DNA of 55,423 bases, from the NCBI GenBank assembly GCA_938091905.1, contig CALKOM010000043.1, positions 1-55,423 of the forward strand. The letters are read 5' to 3'. Made by a program: the position numbers and the translations under genes. This DNA is from an uncultured Verrucomicrobiales bacterium. Its GTDB lineage: Bacteria; Verrucomicrobiota; Verrucomicrobiia; Verrucomicrobiales; DEV007. Positions 48,645-55,423 of this stretch are shown one piece after another; position 1 is the first letter of the stretch; each line of letters opens with the position of its first letter. Under the pieces are notes generated by a model. The model made no database searches. It was not told the DNA's origin and worked only from the letters and a program-made list of their open reading frames with translations.

Positions 48645-49931
48645 GGGTCTACACCAAAGTTTGGGGAGGGAGTGTTTTATTGATGTTGGGGTGAAGGAGG
48701 TCAGCCGCATTGAGCGATGACCCGAAGTCGGTAGTTCTCGAAGTTTCGAAAGCCGTAGGCGCGGCGTTGGATAAGCTTCATCTTCCGATGGAAGCCCTCG
48801 GTGATTCCATTGTTCTTGGTGAAGCGCCACATGCACGCGATCTCCTCTTGCCAACTTGAAAGCGTCTTGGCCAGCGTGAGCATCGGTCCAAATCCGCTCT
48901 GCTTCAGTTCCTCGATCTGGCGAAGAAAGCGATCGACCAAGGGGCGACACTGGCGCTTGCTACGAGTCTTCTCTCGCATCAGCGCACACACCTTCTGCAT
49001 CTGCTCGTAGATCGCATGCAATGCCGGACATCGAGTGAAGAGTTCATCTCGTCGTTCTCTTTGTGGCAGAGTTAGCCGATCCGGTCTCTTTCTCAAGATC
49101 GCCAAATAGCCTCGTTGATAGCTCATCGTCGGATCGATCGATCGAAGGAGTTCCATGAAATGATGGATCACTAACCGCACGACATGGAAACGATCTGCTA
49201 CGATGCGAGCTTTGGGAAAGTAGCGGCGGACCAGCGCACGGTAGGTGCTACTCATGTCGATACAAACGACCCGAACACGCTTTCGTCCCTGTAAAGAAGC
49301 CAAGAAACGCTCCAACTCCTTTGAACTCTTCCCCTCGGCAACATCAAAAACGCAATGGTTACGCAGATCGCACAAGGTCGTGGCAAAGCGGCATTTCTTA
49401 TGAAGGGTGTGCTCGTCGATCCCAAGAACCAGCGGGCATAGGCGAGCGCGGCGCTCCTTGGCTTTGCGAGCCGTGAATTGAGAATAGATTCGCTCGACGG
49501 TCGCGGTTCCGATTCGAAAGTGAGCTGCCAATTTCGATCCGCAAACTCCATCCTGGTGCTGTTGATAGACTTGTTCTCGGAACGGCTCCGAGGAGTGGCG
49601 GCCTGGACGGATGCCCGGAAGCCGTTGGACAAAGCTTTGGCCACAAGCCAAGCACTTAAAGCGCCGACAAACGATCACCAGAGACACGCGAGCGCCGAAG
49701 CTACGCAGGTGTCTGACCTGCCTGCGATAGCGCCCCTTGCTATGCAGATGCTCACCGCCACAATGGACACAACAAGTGGGCTTTGTTCTTGGTTCTGCCA
49801 CGACTCGAAGTGGTGGCACCTCCGTGCGCTCTACCACACGGTATCCTTTGATTCCTATCCAGTGATCTGTTTCGGGCATGATGACCAGTTTCTATGGTTG
49901 GTCCCTTTCCCCCAATCTTTGATGTAGAGCC
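48645..49931 (-). mobile_element. ISL3 family insertion sequence (1287 bp)
   Basis: Terminal IRs gggtctacaccaaagtttgggg / ggctctacatcaaagattgggg (19 of 22 match); perfect 8 bp direct repeat AACCCAAT at 48637-48644 and 49932-49939. Confidence 0.95.
48701..49879 (-). CDS. ISL3 family transposase
   Basis: Zn finger CVHCG...CLACG, GIDE, VCIDM, ADRFHV, NGITEGFHRKMKLIQRRAYGFRNFENYRLR. Confidence 0.96.
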   Translation of the reverse strand: MPETDHWIGIKGYRVVERTEVPPLRVVAEPRTKPTCCVHCGGEHLHSKGRYRRQVRHLRSFGARVSLVIVCRRFKCLACGQSFVQRLPGIRPGRHSSEPFREQVYQQHQDGVCGSKLAAHFRIGTATVERIYSQFTARKAKERRARLCPLVLGIDEHTLHKKCRFATTLCDLRNHCVFDVAEGKSSKELERFLASLQGRKRVRVVCIDMSSTYRALVRRYFPKARIVADRFHVVRLVIHHFMELLRSIDPTMSYQRGYLAILRKRPDRLTLPQRERRDELFTRCPALHAIYEQMQKVCALMREKTRSKRQCRPLVDRFLRQIEELKQSGFGPMLTLAKTLSSWQEEIACMWRFTKNNGITEGFHRKMKLIQRRAYGFRNFENYRLRVIAQCG

Positions 49932-49942
49932 AACCCAATTCT

Positions 49943-50674
49943 TCAAGGGGTGCGTGCGACCAGATGAATGATCAGCAGATGGCTGACGTAGAAGGTCAGC
50001 GGATGGGTTATCATGAACGACATCGTTCGACTGCAACCCAGGTTCTTCCACTTACAACCTACCAACATGAATGCAGCAAGCGGATGACCGATGAGGATGG
50101 TCCAGATGGTTGGTGAAGGCTGGACATCGACCATTACGAGACAGCCGCATCCAAGAAGCGTCACGAACCAGCTTGTGGCTAACGTGATAGCCAAAGAGTT
50201 CGTGAGTATTGTGGCCAGAATAGCGAAGCTGACCTGGCTGACCAGGAGGCATGGGCCGTAGTCGATATAGAATGCTTCGCCGCTCAATGGAATGATGGCG
50301 AGGGCAGATGACATGACTGCCAAGATGACCAGCCATGGATTGCTCAGTCGCCAGAGTGCTGCGACAAGCCAGGCGAAGCACGTGAGGTTGGCGAGGATTC
50401 CGAAGTAGAGGATGCCTTCGCGGTGACTGTGGATCGCGGTTTCGATGATGGCTGCGATGGCGAGTTGTTTCCATCGCTTAGGCGAAAGGTTCCGTCCTTT
50501 GACGCTTAGCAGGTATGCGAAACAGAAGACGTAGAGTGGTTCGACGCAGCGGGTGATCGTGTAACGAAGCCATGATCCTTCGTGGCCGAAGTAGAGAAGC
50601 GCGTGATCGAGGATCATGAGGACCCCTGCAATGATCTTGGCGTTGTCGATCCAGACGATTCGTGTTCCTGACAT
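49943..50674 (-). CDS. TraX-like/acyltransferase-like polytopic membrane protein
   Basis: IDNAKIIAGVLMILDH start, multiple TM helices, C-terminal FYVSHLLI, all resembling TraX pilin acetylases. Confidence 0.6.
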   Translation of the reverse strand: MSGTRIVWIDNAKIIAGVLMILDHALLYFGHEGSWLRYTITRCVEPLYVFCFAYLLSVKGRNLSPKRWKQLAIAAIIETAIHSHREGILYFGILANLTCFAWLVAALWRLSNPWLVILAVMSSALAIIPLSGEAFYIDYGPCLLVSQVSFAILATILTNSLAITLATSWFVTLLGCGCLVMVDVQPSPTIWTILIGHPLAAFMLVGCKWKNLGCSRTMSFMITHPLTFYVSHLLIIHLVARTP

Positions 50675-50941
50675 GATTTCGGATCGCCTTCGCTGGCGGT
50701 CACTTTGCTACCGAAATCGCGCTTTCGAAATCACAGAGAATCTGACTGAACTGGCTTTATCCGCTAAATTATTAATCAACGGTTAACCATTAAGAATACC
50801 TAACGTAGCGGTGACTTTAGTTGTGATAGAGTAAAGGCAAAAGTAAACTTTCTTTGTCCTGATGCGTTCAATATAAGTTATTGCAATAGTGAGTAACAAA
50901 TCCGTGCATTCATACAACTCCTGCTTATCTTTCTGATCACC

Positions 50942-51715
50942 ATGATTGATGAACCAACATCCGTTAGTGAGTATGGTTCGTCGTCGTCTCCATTCCCTGA
51001 CACGCGTTGGAGTATCGTTGAGTTGGTGGGTGATCCGGAAGAAGGGCTTGCGGTAAATGGGGAGGCACTGGAAGAACTTTGTGAAATCTATCATAAGCCG
51101 ATTCACCGCTATCTTTGCCGATTGGGGTACTCCGCTGACTATGCGAAAGACCTCACTCAGAGCTTCTTCCTCAAGTCTCTTGAGAAGAAGATCTTTGCCC
51201 GATGTCACAAGGAAAAGGGCAAGTTGCGCAGCTATCTGTGCGCTTCTCTGAAGACATTCCTTGCCGATGAGGCACGCTATCATGATGCGCTCAAGCGAGG
51301 TTCAAAGTTTCAGCGCGTCGATGATGATGTTTCAGACATCGAACACTTTCTTGAGAGTGATCATGGTTGGCACCCGATGACCCCGGACAAGGCTTTTGAT
51401 AGGCATTGGGCAGAAACGATTCTGTCCGAAGCTTTGAAAACGCTGCGTGAGGAATTTGAAAAGAGAAACCGATCCGAAGTGTTTCGCGTTCTCTCGAAAT
51501 TCCTTTCGTGGCGCGCTACAGAAGAAGGACCCCAGTTGGCCGCAGCAGAAGAACTTGGCATGGCACCAAACGCCTTCGGCATGCAGTTGCAACGCACCCG
51601 CAAACGCCTGGCTACGCTCATAGAAACCCAAATCGCCCGGACCGTCGCATCACGGGAAGCACTAAAACAGGAACTCGCGTATTTCTATGAGATACTGCGA
51701 GAACCTAACGCTTAG
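50942..51715 (+). CDS. ECF sigma factor of the PVC kinase-associated type
   Basis: FPDTRWSIV, ALEELCEIYHKPI, AKDLTQSFF, GKLRSYL, FDRHWA, region 4 AAAEELGM. Confidence 0.88.
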   Translation: MIDEPTSVSEYGSSSSPFPDTRWSIVELVGDPEEGLAVNGEALEELCEIYHKPIHRYLCRLGYSADYAKDLTQSFFLKSLEKKIFARCHKEKGKLRSYLCASLKTFLADEARYHDALKRGSKFQRVDDDVSDIEHFLESDHGWHPMTPDKAFDRHWAETILSEALKTLREEFEKRNRSEVFRVLSKFLSWRATEEGPQLAAAEELGMAPNAFGMQLQRTRKRLATLIETQIARTVASREALKQELAYFYEILREPNA

Positions 51716-51726
51716 CCATAACCGAA

Positions 51727-52671
51727 ATGAATCCTCCCTCGGAAGTGAGGGCGGGGCGGTGCCGGCATTGCGGAACAGAATTCGAAGATCCCGTGATCTC
51801 CGACGTGTGTCCGTCGTGCCTAGCCCACCCACCTTCGCCACTTGTCGTTCCACCATCCGCTAAAGAACTCGATGAAATCCTCCCGCACCATGATATTCGA
51901 GAGAAGTTAGGCGAAGGCGCTAACGGCTGTGTGTTCAAAGTATACAACGGCAAGCTCAGGCGTTTGGAAGCGGTCAAAACCATGCGCGAAAGCACTGTCT
52001 TTCCAGACTTTGCCCGCCGGTTTGACTTTGAGTGTCAAGAGATGGCACGTCTTCGCCACTCCAACATCCCGGTGATCTTTGATCATGGTGCCCACGGAAA
52101 GATTCACTACTTCACTATGGACTACATGCCGGACGGTAGTCTTGAATCCCAGCTTAGTGAGGAGATTCCGCTAGGGCGTGCCATTGATATACTACGGCAA
52201 GTCTGCAATGCGCTTTCGTTTGCACACAAAGAGAACGTCATTCACCGGGATGTGAAGCCTAGTAATGTACTCCTCGCAGGTGCCAGCATACGCCTTGCTG
52301 ATTTCGGACTGGCCAAACGCATCTTCTCTGATCAGCCGGGAATCACCCAAGTGGAAACCAGACTCGGAACGCCTGGCTACATGGCACCCGAGCAAGTGTT
52401 CGCTGACACGGGCATTGATCACCGAGCAGACATTTACAGTTTGGGCGCGCTCTTGTACAAGCTTCTGACTGGACGCATTCCGCACGGAGCCTTTCCGCTT
52501 CCTTCTGAATGCAAGAAACCCGCGAGCTTTGACAAGCTCTTGAAGCGAGCATTGGCTCCTGAACCCGGCGATCGCTACCAATCCGTGGCCGAGTTCAGAT
52601 ACGAACTTGAAGAGGTCGCGTTCAACTCGCTTCCTCAAGAACCACCCAATGGCCCTTCGTTTTCAATCTAA
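51727..52671 (+). CDS. Hanks-type Ser/Thr protein kinase with N-terminal Cys4 motif, no sensor domain
   Basis: CRHCG...CPSC; LGEGANG, AVK, HRDVKPSN, DFGLAK, GTPGYMAPEQ, DIYSLG. Confidence 0.95.
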   Translation: MNPPSEVRAGRCRHCGTEFEDPVISDVCPSCLAHPPSPLVVPPSAKELDEILPHHDIREKLGEGANGCVFKVYNGKLRRLEAVKTMRESTVFPDFARRFDFECQEMARLRHSNIPVIFDHGAHGKIHYFTMDYMPDGSLESQLSEEIPLGRAIDILRQVCNALSFAHKENVIHRDVKPSNVLLAGASIRLADFGLAKRIFSDQPGITQVETRLGTPGYMAPEQVFADTGIDHRADIYSLGALLYKLLTGRIPHGAFPLPSECKKPASFDKLLKRALAPEPGDRYQSVAEFRYELEEVAFNSLPQEPPNGPSFSI

Positions 52672-52828
52672 GAGCTGACAGGGCCAATTGCTCAGTCGCA
52701 CCAAAGGCTTCCAACGATGATCGTGGTCCAGCCAAGCCGAACTTCACGGCGATCCAGGGTTCGCCTTTCTTGTTAGGCGGATAGACATGGATGGTCTGCG
52801 CTGCCAGTTCCCGATCCGATGCGTTCAT
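52622..52828 (-). CDS. Small hypothetical protein coupled to the AAA+ gene
   Basis: ATGA start/stop overlap at 52825-52828 with the upstream ATPase; 68 aa. Confidence 0.55.
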   Translation of the reverse strand: MNASDRELAAQTIHVYPPNKKGEPWIAVKFGLAGPRSSLEAFGATEQLALSALRLKTKGHWVVLEEAS

Positions 52829-53808
52829 GACTCTGTGAGAACGAGCTTCCCCATCCCGTGATCATTTCCGCGTCGTTCTACGGTCAAGCACCCACTCGCG
52901 CCGCTTCCCTTAAGCAGCCTGTCTCGAAGCACTTCGCGAACTTTGCTCTCGATGGTGCGCCGCATCGGTCGTGCTCCTAACCGTGAATGAAAGCCGTCAC
53001 TGGCAAGGAAACGCGCCACGTCGTCGGCAAAGGTGATCTCGATGCTATGCTGCCCTCGATGTAATGCGAGTTCGCGCTGAAGCAGTAGTTCGGCAATGGC
53101 CACGGCATCTTCAAACGCCAGCTTATCAAAGACACTCACCGTGTCGAAGCGCGCAAAGACTTCCGGGCGCAGTTGTGCTTGTGCCTGTGCTTCGACGAAT
53201 CGCACGAGCGTCGCCCGGACGCTTAGTTTGGCATCAAGGATCGCGTGCGAGGCAATGTTGCTCGTGCAGACGATGTAGAACCGACTCAGGTCTAACGTCG
53301 TGCCGTTCGCCATGGTGATCCTAGCCGCATCGAGAATCTGTAGCAGGATGTCGAGCACGCGCGGGTGTGCCTTCTCGATCTCATCAAGAAGCAAGGTGCC
53401 ACACCCACCTGCCGCCGCATAGCGTTTGGCAAACAAGCCTTCCTCGGTCTCGTTGCGTCCTAGCAAGATGCAGAGCGCTTCCTGAGTTTGATACTCGCTC
53501 ATGTCGAGCCGGATCATTTGTTCTTCGCCAAACAGACGTCGTGTGAACGTCAGTGTCAGTTCCGTCTTACCAACGCCGGTAGGGCCAAGGAAGAGAAAGG
53601 TCCCACGCGGACGACTCGGATCGGTGAGGCCCAGCTCACCATTCTGAAGTGCGGCGGCTACTTCAGGGATGATGTGAGGCTGACCCAGGATCTTAGATGC
53701 AAGATGAGACTCCAAGCTTCGGAGTTGCTCGCGATCAACGATCCTGTTGCTGGTCGCCCCACTGGCGCAGGGCTTCGGCACGGGTGGTGCTGTCGGTGGT
53801 AGCGTCAT
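52825..53808 (-). CDS. Stand-alone ClpA/ClpB D2-type AAA+ ATPase (AAA_2 + D2-small)
   Basis: GPTGVGKT, RLDMSEY, LLLDEIEKAHP, TSN, RPEVFARFD, GARPMRRTIE; aaggag upstream of ATG 53808; no N-domain or D1. Confidence 0.9.
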   Translation of the reverse strand: MTLPPTAPPVPKPCASGATSNRIVDREQLRSLESHLASKILGQPHIIPEVAAALQNGELGLTDPSRPRGTFLFLGPTGVGKTELTLTFTRRLFGEEQMIRLDMSEYQTQEALCILLGRNETEEGLFAKRYAAAGGCGTLLLDEIEKAHPRVLDILLQILDAARITMANGTTLDLSRFYIVCTSNIASHAILDAKLSVRATLVRFVEAQAQAQLRPEVFARFDTVSVFDKLAFEDAVAIAELLLQRELALHRGQHSIEITFADDVARFLASDGFHSRLGARPMRRTIESKVREVLRDRLLKGSGASGCLTVERRGNDHGMGKLVLTES

Positions 53809-54376
53809 GAATCGGTTCTCCTTTCGTCTGGATCTGTTGTTGAAGGACGGCATTCGCCTGACGTTGCCGCAACAGCTCGTGTTGGAGCTTCTCAATCATC
53901 ACCGCATGGTTCGACTGATCGGCTAGCTTGGCCTTGAGAGCTTCCAGTTGTTCCATCGTCGCCCCATGCGTGGTTTCGAGATCGCTTGTTAGAGCCTCCT
54001 GCCGCTTCACTTCTGCTCGCAGTTGCTGCGACTGTGGCAATGGCCGAAACGCGGAATCTGACAACACCTTCACCGGCCCAGTGCTCCCAAACGTTGGGTT
54101 GTTCCGCAGCAAGTTCCAGCGCGGCGATTTCTCTAACTGATACACGCGATGCGATTCATGCATCCGCGTGCCGTTCTTCGAGGGCTTTCGTCCTACGTAG
54201 TAGGTCTTCACAAACTCCGGGTTACGAATGCGCCGAATATCCGATGCGGTCAGATACTCCGCACGATTCAGCTTCGAGTGGTCCTGAGTTGGCGTTGTCG
54301 CCTGACCCACTTGCGAGGTTCGCGAAGCGCAGCCACCCAGGGCTAACATAGCTATCCATATCCAGATTGATTTCAT
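53735..54376 (-). CDS. Lipoprotein with coiled coil, T4SS operon-associated
   Basis: Lipoprotein signal MKSIWIWIAMLALGGC; ATGA overlap with the VirB10 stop. Confidence 0.75.
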   Translation of the reverse strand: MKSIWIWIAMLALGGCASRTSQVGQATTPTQDHSKLNRAEYLTASDIRRIRNPEFVKTYYVGRKPSKNGTRMHESHRVYQLEKSPRWNLLRNNPTFGSTGPVKVLSDSAFRPLPQSQQLRAEVKRQEALTSDLETTHGATMEQLEALKAKLADQSNHAVMIEKLQHELLRQRQANAVLQQQIQTKGEPIHDATTDSTTRAEALRQWGDQQQDR

Positions 54377-55423
54377 GGTCGTTTCTCCTGTTTCGAGTTC
54401 TGATGCGCCGCGACCTGCTTCAGCAATCGGTCGTGACGGTTGGGGCTGGCCGAGGTGGCCAACTGCGTTGGGGTGCTAGTCTCACCCACCGCCGATGCAT
54501 ACGTTGGTTCCCAGCTATTCCGTGGATGCTCCCCTTGTTCGAGTCCTGCCACGCTGGCTAGCTCCGGCTCGAACACTTGCAGTGTGTAGATATAAAACTC
54601 GGTGCCTGCTGGAACCCTGACAAACAAGCCATCGCCTTCGATCTGGTCTAGCAAGAGCTTGGCGTAGCGCTCGGCCACGTTCGAGATGCCTTCGAGCCCG
54701 GCATCTTCGAGCGAGTTGCGCGGGCGCGAACCAAAGATCGTCTCCGTGGTGTCTTCACTCGCTCTGGCAGCCCCACCAATCATCGTGGCTGCGAAGAGTT
54801 TGAACTCCAGGAACTCATCCGACTTCGCAATCTTACCACGAATGCCTGCCGAGCCATCGGTGAGGCCATAACTGTCTTTGTCAGGATCATGTTCGCGATC
54901 CAGCGCGATACCTTTCATCTTCACCTGCCGTCCATCTTGCCAAACGAACTCCCAGGTGCCCGTCACCTCGACCCGATCACGCACCCGTCCACGCTTGGCA
55001 AAGGCATGCACCTCGGTCCCCGCTGGCACGATGAGGTTGCCGTTGTGCCAGACATCCTCCGTCACAAACCCCACGATCGGCGTCTGCAAGGAACTGGAAT
55101 CCACCGTGATGATGAGTTGGCAAGGAATCAGCGTGCCTGTCGGTGCGAACACGCGCGGTGGCTCCGCTTCACTCGGTTTCGCTGGTTCTTCCTTCGGTGC
55201 TTCGAAGAAATGCACCAGCTTCGGCAGATTGATCTTCTGCGGAGCCTTCGCAGCCGTGTTCTTAACCGGATTGACAGTGTCACGCGTGGCAGGCGCTGGC
55301 GGACGAAACTTCGAGAGCTTGTTCTCCGCCACCCATTCCGAAGTCACTGGTTTGTCAGGCTCCGGCTTGTTCTCCTCGGGCGACATCTGGCCAAGCAACT
55401 TCTTGCCCTCGGCTACCACGGGC
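54373..55423 (-). CDS. virB10: TrbI/VirB10 family type IV secretion protein (5' end outside window)
   Basis: Pro-rich linker, then FAPTGTLIPCQLIITVDSS...PIVGFVTEDV...IVPAGT...DGSAGIRG...RVPAGTEFYIY. Confidence 0.85.
   Translation of the reverse strand, partial: PVVAEGKKLLGQMSPEENKPEPDKPVTSEWVAENKLSKFRPPAPATRDTVNPVKNTAAKAPQKINLPKLVHFFEAPKEEPAKPSEAEPPRVFAPTGTLIPCQLIITVDSSSLQTPIVGFVTEDVWHNGNLIVPAGTEVHAFAKRGRVRDRVEVTGTWEFVWQDGRQVKMKGIALDREHDPDKDSYGLTDGSAGIRGKIAKSDEFLEFKLFAATMIGGAARASEDTTETIFGSRPRNSLEDAGLEGISNVAERYAKLLLDQIEGDGLFVRVPAGTEFYIYTLQVFEPELASVAGLEQGEHPRNSWEPTYASAVGETSTPTQLATSASPNRHDRLLKQVAAHQNSKQEKRP

Larger units (their letters stand above)
48434..55423. mobile_element. Edge of a probable integrative conjugative element/genomic island at the tRNA-Asp 3' end
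   Basis: Housekeeping genes stop at the tRNA. Downstream come an IS, a TraX-like gene, regulatory cargo and a VirB10 operon. No integrase or second att site within the window. Confidence 0.7.

Noticed and set aside
53809..53895. Longer N-terminus of the AAA+ ATPase given by the ORF track
   Set aside because: It overlaps deeply with the lipoprotein gene, and ATG 53808 has a clear aaggag ribosome-binding site.

Overview
The window looks like chromosomal DNA of a Verrucomicrobiota-like (PVC) bacterium. This is inferred from a PVC-type CxxCH heme protein, DUF1080 proteins, sulfatases, LTD-CotH and LamG surface proteins, and a TRWS-type ECF sigma/kinase pair. It has three zones. (1) 1-7.4 kb is a mosaic punctuated by four near-identical 67-69 bp direct repeats (71-139, 3467-3535, 4679-4745, 6260-6328). 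Two of these carry an 80 bp extension with a perfect 16 bp palindrome, and two degenerate repeat ends lie at about 20-36 and 4487-4502. The repeats separate unrelated cargo (di-heme oxidoreductase, K+ channel, Cys-rich secreted protein) and sit at points where neighbouring genes are cut. This looks like a non-autonomous gene-capture array with rolling-circle (IS91/ISCR-like) ori/ter features and a possible Xer-like half site; it is the best candidate for an undescribed system here. (2) 7.4-48.2 kb is mostly ordinary genome: large secreted proteins, a sulfatase, tatD, sufE, recG, recJ, ABC-F, valS, amidase, rnhB and rplS, plus patches of decayed small genes at 33.8-35.8 kb and 40.0-40.7 kb. (3) From tRNA-Asp(GTC) at 48357-48433 to the window end is the edge of a probable integrative conjugative element. 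It holds an intact ISL3 with an 8 bp target duplication, a TraX-like gene, an ECF sigma plus Ser/Thr kinase, and a VirB10 - lipoprotein - stand-alone ClpB-D2 AAA+ - small ORF operon. All product calls come from motif recognition by eye; no database searches were run.
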